Below are positions 1-9,784 of a stretch of DNA of 64,000 nt, piece after piece (positions within the stretch are counted from its first letter, which is position 1; each line of letters starts with the position of its first letter). This DNA comes from Desulfatiglandales bacterium (GTDB lineage Bacteria; Desulfobacterota; DSM-4660; Desulfatiglandales; Desulfatiglandaceae), in the NCBI GenBank assembly GCA_963666345.1, contig OY762721.1:1120001-1184000 (forward strand), written 5' to 3'. A program made the translations under genes and the position numbers. Under the pieces are notes generated by a model. It was not told the DNA's origin. It was given only the letters and a program-made list of their open reading frames with translations, and searched no databases.

Positions 1-1
1 G

Positions 2-250
2 GAATCCGAAGGCAAGACCTTTTATGAGATAATTGACTCGGGACAGGCCTTCGGCATGATGACGTTTGATCATTCCATTGCTGAGCTCTTCAGGCAGGGA
101 CTCATAACAGAGGAAACGGCCATGAGCTACGCCTCCAGGAAGGCTATAATGGGCAGGTCGATCGACTCGATAAAGTCCGAAAGAGGGCAAAAAACCACTA
201 CCCTGGAAAAACTGGACATGGATGAAGACTACGGAAAAAGCGGAAGATAG
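2..250 (+). CDS. PilT/PilU-family twitching-motility ATPase, C-terminal part (runs off window start)
   Basis: Open frame ESEGKTFYEIIDSGQAFGMMTFDHSIAELFRQGLITEETA matches the PilT/PilU C-terminal GM.TFD..L..L...G.I motif. Confidence 0.75.
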   Translation, partial: ESEGKTFYEIIDSGQAFGMMTFDHSIAELFRQGLITEETAMSYASRKAIMGRSIDSIKSERGQKTTTLEKLDMDEDYGKSGR

Positions 251-275
251 GGTTAGTACCCCTGGAGGATATTAT

Positions 276-932
276 ATGGAAATAATCTGCGATCAGTGTG
301 AAAAAAGGCTGAATATACCTGATGAAAAGATCCCTGCTAACCAGCGTGTATCCTTAAGCTGCCCCAAGTGCGGAAAAAAGCTGACCCTTGACGGGCGAGG
401 GTTGGTAAAAAGCGAGAAGACTCAAACAACCGAGGAAACCCCTGAATTGGAAAGCCGGGACTACGATGAGCAGGACACCTTTTTAGACACCTTTGAAGAG
501 GGCGTTCCACTGGCCCTGGCAATGGTTGAGGATGAAACCCGGAAGGATGTTATCAAAAGATCCGTCGAGGAGCTGGGGTACAAATTCGTCCCGGCCGCCA
601 ACAGCCATGATGCCAACGGGAAGATGAGATTTCACAACTTCGATCTGATGGTAATCGCAGACGGCTTTGACGACACATCCGTCGAAAACAGCCCTATCCT
701 GAATTATCTGAACCACCAGCCGATGTCTATAAGAAGAAAGATCTTCGTGGCCCTTTTGGGTGACGACTTCAAGACCAAGGATCCGCTGATGGCCTACTCA
801 CTCAGCTCGAATCTGGTGGTAAACAACAAGGATATCGGCCAGATCACATCTATTCTGAAGAACTCAATAACTGAAAACAACAGGTTTTACAAGGTATTCA
901 TGGATACCATGGTGGAGGTGGGGAAGGCATAG
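276..932 (+). CDS. Zinc-ribbon (MJ0042-like) domain protein with receiver-like C-terminal region
   Basis: CDQC...CPKC N-terminus; GGAGG RBS before ATG 276. Confidence 0.65.
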   Translation: MEIICDQCEKRLNIPDEKIPANQRVSLSCPKCGKKLTLDGRGLVKSEKTQTTEETPELESRDYDEQDTFLDTFEEGVPLALAMVEDETRKDVIKRSVEELGYKFVPAANSHDANGKMRFHNFDLMVIADGFDDTSVENSPILNYLNHQPMSIRRKIFVALLGDDFKTKDPLMAYSLSSNLVVNNKDIGQITSILKNSITENNRFYKVFMDTMVEVGKA

Positions 933-959
933 GGGATTTGCGAATAATCCTCTTTGAAA

Positions 960-2012
960 TCACCCCGCTCCGGAATTATCGATCGCGCAGGGGAGCATAA
1001 GCGCCCCCTTTTCCTTTTTCAGGACCTTAATCCAGGCTGGCCTCAGTTTTTGCACGGCATCATAGGCACCGATCGCCCATACCGCTCCGCCGGCTCCCGC
1101 GCCTGAAAAACGCGCTCCGCAACCAGCCCTTTCAGCCTCATCTATCAGGCCTTCGGTTTCAGGGATAAAGGCCTCGGGGGTTATATCTCTCCTTATTTCC
1201 ATCTCTTTTTTTATGAGACCTGCGGCCCTTGCCCATTCACTCTCCTTGAGCGCCGGGGCCAGCTCTTTTACGATCTCATTTGCCTTAATCCATCCGGAAC
1301 GGGTCCTGCCTGAAAGAAAATCATCTATCCATTTGCGGTTCGTGACTGAAGACACGTGGCTCTTTCCGCTGTAGGCGACAAGTATTCTTTCCGAAAGTTC
1401 CCTTCTGCCTCTGCCGTCAAGGATCATCGTCCTTTCAAAGGGGCAGGCCTTCCTGCTGTATAACCATTGCCACAGATTCACACCCCCGTAGACCGCGGCC
1501 GCCTGATCCTGCATACCGCAGTTTCCTCCGCCCACACCATCCTCTATATGGTATGCCAGATGAAGGAGCTCTCTTTTTGAAAGGCCTTTGCCCTCTTTTT
1601 TCTCTTTGACCTTTGATAAGGCCCTTAAGAGGGCTACAAGGGCGGTGCTTGAGCCTCCAAGCGCGGATTTCACAGGTGCCTGGGAGCTTATGCGAACCTC
1701 CACTCCTTCGTATCCGAAAAGGGACAGGGCCGCAAAAAATATACCGAATGAAGAGGTAAAGGATGCATTGCCGGATGAATATACCTCACTTTTCATGAAT
1801 CCATCGGATGATATCTTCAACATCCCCTTTTCATAAGAAGACAACTTAACCCTGGTCCTGAGATTAAGGGCGATATTTACGGTTGAAGGCCGGCATGACT
1901 CCAACGGAAGGGCCATGGCCTTTATATCCCATGTCCCCCCCGCGTCGATCCTGCACGGGGCTGATGCCTCTATACTGTTAACTTCCAGAAACTGCGTCAA
2001 TGACTCAGGCAT
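960..2012 (-). CDS. GHMP-family sugar kinase
   Basis: SAPCRIDAGGTWD, PVKSALGGSS, GMQDQ and SGAGAGG motifs; start placed at MPESL, overlapping the Nudix stop. Confidence 0.8.
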   Translation of the reverse strand: MPESLTQFLEVNSIEASAPCRIDAGGTWDIKAMALPLESCRPSTVNIALNLRTRVKLSSYEKGMLKISSDGFMKSEVYSSGNASFTSSFGIFFAALSLFGYEGVEVRISSQAPVKSALGGSSTALVALLRALSKVKEKKEGKGLSKRELLHLAYHIEDGVGGGNCGMQDQAAAVYGGVNLWQWLYSRKACPFERTMILDGRGRRELSERILVAYSGKSHVSSVTNRKWIDDFLSGRTRSGWIKANEIVKELAPALKESEWARAAGLIKKEMEIRRDITPEAFIPETEGLIDEAERAGCGARFSGAGAGGAVWAIGAYDAVQKLRPAWIKVLKKEKGALMLPCAIDNSGAG

Positions 2013-2550
2013 GGAGTTCACCATTTTCCAGCCGCAATCTTGCCATGAAAAGGCCTGATATCGTCTTACTGTCCCTGATTTCGCCACTCTTTATCATCTC
2101 GATTGCGGCATCAAATTTCACCTCATGTACATCGATTATCTCATCACTGTCCAGATCCTGTTGAGCCGCTGCAAGGTCCGTGGCAAGGTAGACATGAATA
2201 AGTTCATCGCTGTATCCCGGCACAGGGATTATCTGCCCAAGACTCTGCCAGTTGCTGCCGGAGTATCCTGTCTCCTCGACCAGTTCCCTTTTTGCGCAAT
2301 TAATCGGAGATTCTTCAGGATCGAGGGTGCCGGCCGGGATTTCCCAGATATGATCTCTGACCGCATGGCGGTACTGCCTTAACAGCAGCAGGGTATTTTC
2401 CCTTACAAAAGGGATAATAGCCGTAGCACCAGGGTGACGGATTATATCCAGGTCCGTAGAGACTCCGTTTTCAAGCGTAACCATTTCCTTTGTAACGGTT
2501 ATCACCCTTCCTTCGTAAATCCTGGCCGTATCGTGAATCTTCGCAGTCAT
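2005..2550 (-). CDS. Nudix hydrolase, ADP-ribose pyrophosphatase-like
   Basis: Nudix box GTLDPEESPINCAKRELVEETG; RQYR motif. Confidence 0.85.
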   Translation of the reverse strand: MTAKIHDTARIYEGRVITVTKEMVTLENGVSTDLDIIRHPGATAIIPFVRENTLLLLRQYRHAVRDHIWEIPAGTLDPEESPINCAKRELVEETGYSGSNWQSLGQIIPVPGYSDELIHVYLATDLAAAQQDLDSDEIIDVHEVKFDAAIEMIKSGEIRDSKTISGLFMARLRLENGELHA

Positions 2551-2626
2551 TATTTATCTCCAAAATAGTGTCAATTCAGTAAAGTGATACTGCGGGGCCA
2601 TGTGCATCTTTTCTTTGCTGCACCCG

Positions 2627-2652
2627 GTCCCACTGCTTCGCAGCGGGTTCCC
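2627..2652. repeat. 26-bp REP-like repeat; identical reverse-complement copies at 41345-41370 and 48190-48215
   Basis: GTCCCACTGCTTCGCAGCGGGTTCCC, internally palindromic. Confidence 0.75.
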
Positions 2653-2690
2653 GGTTTCTTCGCCGTGCTCAGTCCGGACGCTCAAGCGCA

Positions 2691-2872
2691 GGTGCCGGGA
2701 CTCTTTTTGAAGGCCTTATCTCACAAAAAAATACCACAGGCATATGCAGTGGCCGGATACCGGGCTTTCTTCCTCGGTGCCTTATCAGACCGGGGAACAT
2801 TTCCAAAAGCCCGGGGATGCGGCCGCTTCTCCGTCAAGACTAGACAAGGCCGTAAATAAGAGTCCCGGCGCC
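2691..2872. repeat. ~180-nt nested-hairpin repeat, copy 1
   Basis: GGTGCCGGGACTCTT..GGCCTTATCT..ATACCACAGG..AGTGGCCG..GGGCTTT / AAAGCCC..CGGCCGCT..AAGGCC..AAGAGTCCCGGCGCC; homologous to 4738-4917 and 9371-9550. Confidence 0.85.
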
Positions 2873-2923
2873 GTAGCGCTATTGCCTATAAACAAACACC
2901 TTGCAATTAGCAAGTGTCCTGTC

Positions 2924-3991
2924 TCACATCTTATCAAGTGCCTTATCAAGCGGGATCAGGAACTCGTCACATTCCATGCCCACGATACTGACACGGTTCT
3001 CTTCAAAAAACTTCCTTATTGTCGCATGAAGGCTCCTTCGATCAGCCGGAAGCCCCTTGAGCTTTGCCTCAAGGTCAAGCATTGCACGTCTGGGTGTGAC
3101 GAAAAAATCCCCTGTAATATAGATATCCTTGATCCTCTTCTGGGCGGGGTTGATTATCAGGGTAAAACGCACCATTCCGCCCTTTGCCTTGTATATCCCC
3201 TGATGCACTTCCTTTTTCTCGAATTGGTGTCTTACATGATTTATCCATTCGGAAGACCTGTAAAAATCAACCTTTTCTCTGAAAAGCGCCTTTTCAAAGG
3301 AGGCCAATCCGCCCGGCTCAAGTGTTATATCAAAGGTCTTTTCAAACCCTCTGACCATTGCCTCCTTAATCTCTTGGGTGGCAGGCGTATGACCAAGCTC
3401 CCATTTAAGGCAGGTAACCCTCTCCCTGACCGAGTCCACCTCCTTAGCCCTCAGTTTTTCCACCGGAATCTTAAGGCTTCCCATCATGCGGTCCACGTCG
3501 AAATCAACCAGTATGGTACCATGGAACATGAATGCATCGCCTGAATCAATGCCGCCCGTACCAGAAATCTTTCTGCCTTTCACCTCTATATCATTTCTGG
3601 GCCTGAAATCCGCCTTTACCCCAAGCTCATTGAAGGCTGAAATAGCGGGACCGCACAGCCTTTTGTATAGGCCAGCATTGGGGACCTTCACATCAAAGAA
3701 ATCCCTGTCGCATATGATCTCCCAGCCGATCTGGCTTTCGTCCAGATAGATGGCCCCGCCCCCGCTCGGCCGCCGGTTGATATCGATTCCTTTGTTTTTG
3801 CAGTAGACGGCGTCCACCTCCTCCTCTATTGACTGATGGAATCCCACCAGCACCACGGGGGGTGAAAACTGAAGGAAATGTATCGTATTAGGGCTCTCAC
3901 CCCTTCCCTTTACCGCAAGCAGGGTATCATCCAGGGCCATATTTTCCGCCCCGCTCATAGGAGGCGTATCAAGTAAACGCCAGGCTTTCAT
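2924..3991 (-). CDS. Lipoate-protein ligase A family protein with C-terminal domain
   Basis: NMALD, RRPSGGGAIY, NDI...RKISG and FHGT motifs; GAGGAG RBS. Confidence 0.85.
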   Translation of the reverse strand: MKAWRLLDTPPMSGAENMALDDTLLAVKGRGESPNTIHFLQFSPPVVLVGFHQSIEEEVDAVYCKNKGIDINRRPSGGGAIYLDESQIGWEIICDRDFFDVKVPNAGLYKRLCGPAISAFNELGVKADFRPRNDIEVKGRKISGTGGIDSGDAFMFHGTILVDFDVDRMMGSLKIPVEKLRAKEVDSVRERVTCLKWELGHTPATQEIKEAMVRGFEKTFDITLEPGGLASFEKALFREKVDFYRSSEWINHVRHQFEKKEVHQGIYKAKGGMVRFTLIINPAQKRIKDIYITGDFFVTPRRAMLDLEAKLKGLPADRRSLHATIRKFFEENRVSIVGMECDEFLIPLDKALDKM

Positions 3992-4098
3992 TATCTGTCT
4001 CCTCACAAAAATTTTGTTCCTCATTTATCAGCTGCCAATGGCAATGTCAAAAGATAGGGGAAAAGTCTTACAGGCCGGATCGGATCCAGGGCCATAAT

Positions 4099-4323
4099 TG
4101 ATGACATCGTAATAAGTCAAAATTCAGACGGCACAGTAGAAAGTTCAAATGCAAGCCTTGCACTTCCGGGAACCCGCCCCAAGCCTGTTGAGGGGTGGGA
4201 CTGAGCAAGGCCCGCAGGGTCTTCCGAAGAATCTTGAGGAATGAGGCGTATAGTACATCGCAATGACGAAAGATGAAGCATAATCCCCCGTGGCGCGGGA
4301 TTGGACTTTTTACGAAGCCGGCA
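4099..4323. mobile_element. MITE-like non-autonomous element
   Basis: Imperfect 20-bp terminal IRs TGATGACATCGTAATAAGTC / GACTTTTTACGAAGCCGGCA; TAAT on both flanks; nested REP-like hairpin. Confidence 0.55.
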
Positions 4324-4349
4324 TAATTGATTAACCATGACGAAGTCTT

Positions 4350-4694
4350 CTAGACGCTCAGAAGAGTTTCTCCATTCTTTAAGAGTTCGGTAAGTGGTTC
4401 CCCCCAATATTTCACTTCCACATCCAGGGCCTCAAACACCTCAGTTGCCCCCAGCTGATCCGCGCACGCCTTGCACGCGGTCACATGCACGCCGGCCTCT
4501 ATCGCCTCCTTTATTTTCTCCCTTATATCAGGCTCATCGCGCACGAGCCGGGCGGGATCTCCCCATATTATGAGGGTCACCTTGCCCCACCAGCCCTTGA
4601 TCAATGAATTTATTGCGTACATGAATACCATTTTTTCCGCGGTCACGCGATTTCCGTTTGTCCAAAGCATGTATAAATGTTCACTGTCTGCCAT
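4350..4694 (-). CDS. DsrE-family protein
   Basis: LYMLWT..MVFMYAINS..WW..VTLIIWG..ACKACAD pattern. Confidence 0.75.
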   Translation of the reverse strand: MADSEHLYMLWTNGNRVTAEKMVFMYAINSLIKGWWGKVTLIIWGDPARLVRDEPDIREKIKEAIEAGVHVTACKACADQLGATEVFEALDVEVKYWGEPLTELLKNGETLLSV

Positions 4695-4737
4695 TTTGTC
4701 CTCCTTATTCTTCTGGTTTGGCTTAAACTCAATTGCA

Positions 4738-4917
4738 GGCTCACGGGCTCTTTCGCAGGCCTTATCTTACAAAAAAATACCACAGGCACTCGAAGTGGCC
4801 GTTTATAGGGCTTTCCTCCCGAATTCGCTACCAGCCAGGGTAATGTTTGCAAAAGCCCGTGGATGCGGCCACTTCTCCGTTAAGCATAGATAAGGCAGAG
4901 AAAAGAGTGCCGGTGCC
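4738..4917. repeat. ~180-nt nested-hairpin repeat, copy 2
   Basis: Same conserved blocks as copy 1. Confidence 0.8.
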
Positions 4918-4933
4918 GAAGCGTTTATACCCT

Positions 4934-5146
4934 TTAAATAGCCGAATTCTTGCTTGCAGCCTTCGATTCAGCGTCCGCAACCCTTATCATCGTTGGAATC
5001 CTGAATCTGCCTGGTATGTAGTCGGAGGAAATCAGGGCCTTTTTCCTGTAGATCGATGCGGGAGAGGAGGATGACCAGTCACAAAAAACCACTGCCGCTG
5101 CATAAGCGGGTGAAGAATCATAAGATACGTCGACGGCTGCGATCAT
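4934..5146 (-). pseudogene. Truncated endonuclease V-like gene
   Basis: MIAAVDVSY..AAAVVF..DYIPGRF resembles the EndoV N-terminus; similarity stops after YIPG. Confidence 0.55.
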
Positions 5147-5372
5147 TTTTCCGGCCTGAAAACAGGGCATCTTTTTTCTCTCAAATATCAATCTAACCCT
5201 ATTTATGAACTATATCAATCTATTGATATACAGGCTTCCGCCTTATGATCATCAGCTGATAGAGAGATAATCCATATTCATTTATTGAAAAACCCTTGAG
5301 AAAGGTTATTATCAGGTAATTTTCTTTTTTGACCCTTTTATTATGCCCAGTAAAGGAGGAAGGGACTCTCTT

Positions 5373-5918
5373 TTGGACCCTGTTACCATAGTCGGAACGG
5401 CATTCGGCCTTGCAATGGATGCATTTGCCGTGGCAACTGTCGTTGCGGCAGGACTTAACCGGATTACTTTCAGGCACATCTTCAGACTTGCCTGGCATTT
5501 CGGACTGTTCCAGGCCATGATGCCGGTCATAGGCTGGTTCGGCGGCGCTGCTGTTTCATCCCTTTTTACATCCTTTGCCTATTGGGTAGCCGCCGGGCTC
5601 CTTGCATTCATCGGCATCAGGATGATATGGGAGTCTTTCGAGCATGAACAAAAGGGAAAATCGTTTGATCCCACCAGGGGATGGAGCCTTGTGGGACTTT
5701 CCGTTGCCACGAGCATTGACGCCCTGGCAGTGGGAATATCAGTCGGCCTTATGAAGATATCGATCTGGATTCCGGCACTTGTAATAGGCCTCATAACCAT
5801 GGTCCTTACCTCCTTTGGTGCCTGGTTAGGGCGGACGGGCGGCATGATCTTCGGGCCGTGGGCCGAAAGGATCGGTGGAGTCATATTGATCCTTATCGGC
5901 ATCAGGATCCTGATTTAG
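5373..5918 (+). CDS. mntP: Manganese efflux pump MntP family
   Basis: GLAMDAFAV, FGLFQAMMPVIGW and ATSIDALAVG motifs; start position uncertain (TTG). Confidence 0.9.
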   Translation: MDPVTIVGTAFGLAMDAFAVATVVAAGLNRITFRHIFRLAWHFGLFQAMMPVIGWFGGAAVSSLFTSFAYWVAAGLLAFIGIRMIWESFEHEQKGKSFDPTRGWSLVGLSVATSIDALAVGISVGLMKISIWIPALVIGLITMVLTSFGAWLGRTGGMIFGPWAERIGGVILILIGIRILI

Positions 5919-5956
5919 CATTTATCAGAAAACCGGGGATTTCCGGATAAAAGCCT

Positions 5957-6634
5957 TCAAACATGGTGGATCGCCTTAAAATAAAGAAGGGCACCGTTTT
6001 CGACCGGCAAGGTTTCAAGGCATAAATCAAATAGCGAGCAGTATTCTTCCAATTCCTCTTCAGAGTATAATTTCCCCCTTATGGGACTGGTTGTCTTTTT
6101 TCTCTCCGGAACCGGTACCGAGCAATAAAAGACACCTCCCCGCACCAGGACCCTCCTTATTTCCGCTAAGACAGCTTTCAGATCATTGAAGAAGTTAAGA
6201 GAAAGCATGCAGACGCAGATATCAAAGGAATCATCGGCAAAAGGCAGGTCATCGGCTGTCGCGACGTAAAAGCGGGGTTCTCTGAAATCCGCCTCTCTGA
6301 ATCTTTTAACAGCCTTCCTGAGTAGTCCGGCACTTATGTCCGTCCCTGTATAGCTGTTGCCGGATGGGAGAAAATCCGAGGCACTTCCGCTTCCAGCCGC
6401 AAGTTCAAGGATACGCTTATCCTTTACATCCTCTAACTCCTGGCTGAGGATTTCAACATGCCTGATTATATCCCCTCCGAATTTTTTAGGAAAAATGGAG
6501 TTCTTCATGATGTAGTCATAAAGGAATGAAAAGGCATCTCCAAGCCATGGTCTGAATCTCCTCGGCTTGCCGTATTTTGTCTCAACATATTCAAGCCCTC
6601 TTACCTTTACCGTCTTTATCCCTTCTTTTAACAT
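5957..6634 (-). CDS. Class I SAM-dependent methyltransferase
   Basis: ILELAAGSG, GTDIS, ADDLPFADDSFD, IRRVL..GG. Confidence 0.8.
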   Translation of the reverse strand: MLKEGIKTVKVRGLEYVETKYGKPRRFRPWLGDAFSFLYDYIMKNSIFPKKFGGDIIRHVEILSQELEDVKDKRILELAAGSGSASDFLPSGNSYTGTDISAGLLRKAVKRFREADFREPRFYVATADDLPFADDSFDICVCMLSLNFFNDLKAVLAEIRRVLVRGGVFYCSVPVPERKKTTSPIRGKLYSEEELEEYCSLFDLCLETLPVENGALLYFKAIHHV

Positions 6635-6877
6635 AACCGGCTGAATCGCACCTCCGCTATGAGCAACTTTACACACATCCTTTAATGATGTTGCGCACTG
6701 CTTATCAATTATCACTTTACCAGTCAATGGCTGCAGCCCGACTTTGGAGTTTCTGGATCTGCCGGAGCGAATGCAGGGTACTGTCTTTTTTTATGGTTGA
6801 TTAATTGTAAATAATAGCCAAGCATACAGATCTTAAACATAATTATCCGTCACCTTATAAAGGGACATGTTTTTACC

Positions 6878-7459
6878 ATGAGTGAAACCTTTCTGATTCC
6901 AGCCAGGCGATGCAGGGTCTTTGAGACTATCTCAAGGAGCCGCTTTATCACGACAATCGGCCACGCAGCAGATGATGCAGCGGCAAAACAGTTCATAGGG
7001 AAAATAAGTAGCGAATTCGCCGATGCCTCACACAACTGCTGGGCATACCAGACCGGACCTCCCGGAGATACCATATCCATAGGCATGAGCGATGACGGCG
7101 AACCACACGGAACAGCGGGCCGCCCCATGCTCACGGTGCTTATTCATGCGGGGGTAGGTGAAATCGTTTCAGTAGTGACAAGGTATTTCGGAGGGATCAA
7201 GCTGGGAAAGGGAGGACTCGTGCGTGCCTACACCAGCGGGGTCAAGCAGGCGCTCGAACAACTGCCCACGACATATAAGCAGGAGTTCGAGGTCATTACA
7301 GGCCTGTTTGACTACCGGCACCTCCGGGAGATCCGAAGGATCTGCCGCACCTTTAAGGCCCGTATTGTGGATGAAGTATATGCAGAAAGGATCCGCCTTG
7401 AAATCGAACTGCCGGCCGGGACCCGTCAGGCCTTTGAAAAAGAGGTGTCCCGATTTTAG
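6878..7459 (+). CDS. yigZ: YigZ/IMPACT family protein
   Basis: SRFI, ASHNCWAY, SDDGEPHGTAGRPML, VTRYFGGIKLGKGGLVRAY. Confidence 0.92.
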   Translation: MSETFLIPARRCRVFETISRSRFITTIGHAADDAAAKQFIGKISSEFADASHNCWAYQTGPPGDTISIGMSDDGEPHGTAGRPMLTVLIHAGVGEIVSVVTRYFGGIKLGKGGLVRAYTSGVKQALEQLPTTYKQEFEVITGLFDYRHLREIRRICRTFKARIVDEVYAERIRLEIELPAGTRQAFEKEVSRF

Positions 7460-7608
7460 CACCCCCGGCAAGACTAAAAGAGAAAAACCTCAGGAAAGCA
7501 AGGGAATAAAGAAGAAAGATAAGCCACGAAAAGGCCCGGCAAAAGGGAATAAAGCCCTTTCGAGATCTACAGACGGACATAATATGAAGACACCCGGAAA
7601 AACCGGGT

Positions 7609-7637
7609 AAAAAAAGTGGCAAAGGATTTTGCCACTT
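7609..7637 (-). terminator. Intrinsic terminator downstream of tRNA-Pro
   Basis: AAGTGGCAAA-N4-TTTGCCACTT hairpin followed by a T-run on the minus strand. Confidence 0.7.
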
Positions 7638-7670
7638 CAAAGACGCAAAGATATTTATATTATTAAAACA

Positions 7671-7747
7671 TGGTCGGGACGACTGGATTTGAACCAGCGA
7701 CTCCCGCGTCCCGAACGCGGTGCTCTACCAGACTGAGCCACGTCCCG
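7671..7747 (-). tRNA. tRNA-Pro (anticodon CGG)
   Basis: CGGGACGTGGCTCAGTCTGGTAGAGCACCGCGTTCGGGACGCGGGAGTCGCTGGTTCAAATCCAGTCGTCCCGACCA; full cloverleaf with encoded CCA. Confidence 0.97.
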
Positions 7748-7777
7748 ACTCTATTTAATTGAGTTGCCCACCATATA

Positions 7778-8389
7778 TTATTTCTTTTTAAGAGGCAAGG
7801 GCAATTTGTCCGCCACAATTTTCATGAACTTTTCCATTATCTTGGCGGTGGCCCCCCATATCACATCCCCCTTATAGGAAAACGTCGGCCCTGTGTAGGG
7901 CTCTCCCATGTATTCAAAGACATCACCCCTTGCCTCTCTGTTTTCAGGATGAAACAGATTAAGCGGCACGGGGATTACCCTTTCAACCTCCACCTCGCTT
8001 ATGACAAAATCATACGGGTATGGAATAAGGCCCACTACCGGATGAATCACGAAATTTGAGGCAAGCGTGAGAGTATCATCCATGGGACCAAGAATCTTTA
8101 CATCCTCAGGTCTGATGCCTACCTCTTCATGAGATTCCCTAAGGGCCGTGTCTATAAAGGAGTTATCCTCATCGTCCACTGCGCCGCCAGGAAAGGATAT
8201 CTGCCCCTTATGGTGCTCCACCGTGTCTGTCCTTTTGGTAAAAAGCACGGCGCAGCCCCCGTTCATAGAAAAAAGCGGGATAAGGACCCCTGCGTGGCGA
8301 TATAGATGTTCCCCGTCTTCGATCACGCCGGGATTTCTGCTATTCAATACCTCCCCTATTAAATGAACCATGTCTTTGCCTGTTTCCAT
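7778..8389 (-). CDS. Nudix CoA pyrophosphatase (NudL-like)
   Basis: FTKR..HKGQISFPGG..ALRESHEEVG; IWGATA. Confidence 0.88.
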   Translation of the reverse strand: METGKDMVHLIGEVLNSRNPGVIEDGEHLYRHAGVLIPLFSMNGGCAVLFTKRTDTVEHHKGQISFPGGAVDDEDNSFIDTALRESHEEVGIRPEDVKILGPMDDTLTLASNFVIHPVVGLIPYPYDFVISEVEVERVIPVPLNLFHPENREARGDVFEYMGEPYTGPTFSYKGDVIWGATAKIMEKFMKIVADKLPLPLKKK

Positions 8390-8404
8390 ATATCACACGC
8401 GCTT

Positions 8405-9175
8405 TTAAGATGCGGGTGTTTCCACCCCATAGACTCCAAGGTACTCGTCAAAAGCCCTCTTTGTCTCCTCATCGATTGGTTTCCGGTTTCCACCTATCAT
8501 CACAGGGATCTTCTCTTGGTAAAGATACTCGATCACCTCTTTTATGCCTGCAACCGCATTCACCGGTACTCCGCTTTTTGAGATGAATTCCTCTATCGCG
8601 TTATCTCCCCTGGTGTCCTTGACAACATCCCCGTTTTCATCATAGACCGCGGTCGTTTGCTCCCTGTCTATGCCGATACCGATTCCGATCACATTGTATG
8701 ACCTGCTATGGGCCCTTGCCTCATGCTCAATTTTTTCAAGCAGTTCATATTTTGTCCCCATCGAGGTTGCCACGTCATCAACAACAAATATACGGCACCC
8801 GTCAAACAGGGACTTGTTCACGAATATAGTCTTCTGCGAGCTAGCCTCACCGTGCGTCTTTGCCTCCTTGCGGTCATACTCAAACAGCATATCAATGCCA
8901 TGATCCCGCCATAGTGCGATAGCAGTCGCAAGCGCTATGGAGCTTCCCTTGTAAGAGGGGCCGAGTATTATGTCGGTCTCCTTTTCAAGGCCGAGTGAAA
9001 CCATCATTCCCGCGTAAAACGAGCCCATCTCCATGCTCAGCCTTCCGGTCTTGAACATGGCCATATTTACAAAATATGGGGTGGGGCGTCCGTCCTTGAG
9101 CACAAGGCCCTTGTCAAAAAAAAGCGCCCCTGTCTCGGCGAGAATTTCGGCGAATCTGGTCTTGTATTTTTCCAT
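8405..9175 (-). CDS. pyrE: Orotate phosphoribosyltransferase-like protein
   Basis: LKDGRPTPYFVN, GPSYKG, RKEAKTHGE and VVDDVATS PRPP loop. Confidence 0.8.
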   Translation of the reverse strand: MEKYKTRFAEILAETGALFFDKGLVLKDGRPTPYFVNMAMFKTGRLSMEMGSFYAGMMVSLGLEKETDIILGPSYKGSSIALATAIALWRDHGIDMLFEYDRKEAKTHGEASSQKTIFVNKSLFDGCRIFVVDDVATSMGTKYELLEKIEHEARAHSRSYNVIGIGIGIDREQTTAVYDENGDVVKDTRGDNAIEEFISKSGVPVNAVAGIKEVIEYLYQEKIPVMIGGNRKPIDEETKRAFDEYLGVYGVETPAS

Positions 9176-9370
9176 ATAACGATTCTATGAAAATTACTTT
9201 TCCATATCAACCAGAATTTCTTCGCTTCGCTCAGGGCGGAACTTAGCTTACCGCTTACCGGAGCGGCAGCCGCCCGGTCGTGCAGCGTTATTTGTTACCA
9301 GTTATTCGAAAAAACTATAAAACCACACATCCCGGGTCCTTATACCTCTGTCTGTTAACCCACAAGCGCA

Positions 9371-9550
9371 GGTGCCGGGGCTTCTTTTTCCGGCCTTATC
9401 TCACAAAAAATACCACAGGAAGCACCAGTGGCCGCAGACAGGGCTTTCTTCCCGGCTGCCTTTCAGCTAAGGTAACGCCCGCAACGGCCATTGGATCCGG
9501 CCACTTTTCCGTCAAGCATAGAGAAGGCCGGAGAAAGGAGTCCCGGTGCC
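9371..9550. repeat. ~180-nt nested-hairpin repeat, copy 3
   Basis: Same conserved blocks; long outer stem with G-U pairs on the + strand. Confidence 0.85.
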
Positions 9551-9784
9551 GGAGCATCCCTGCTATAAATGGGCAAGAAAGACTTAAAATGATTCATTCA
9601 CCACTTGCTCCCCCTAGCCCCGTGAATCCTTATATATCAATGACCGCCCCGTCATTTGTAATATCTTGACATAGAAATAAAAAGCCGATATCTGTTTGTT
9701 AATTGTTCTCCGGACTTATTTAAAAGCAACTTTGTCAATAATGTTAATCTTTCTATTTGTTAAATAAAAATAGGGAGGGTTATT

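Noticed and set aside
2584..2859. Similar short ORFs at 2584, 4471 and 9280 sharing FSVK
   Set aside because: Translations of the non-coding repeat; frames and lengths are not conserved
5200..5372. yybP-ykoY Mn riboswitch expected before mntP
   Set aside because: Conserved motifs could not be identified
7671..7747. tRNA-Pro as an island integration site
   Set aside because: No integrase and no duplicated tRNA 3' end seen
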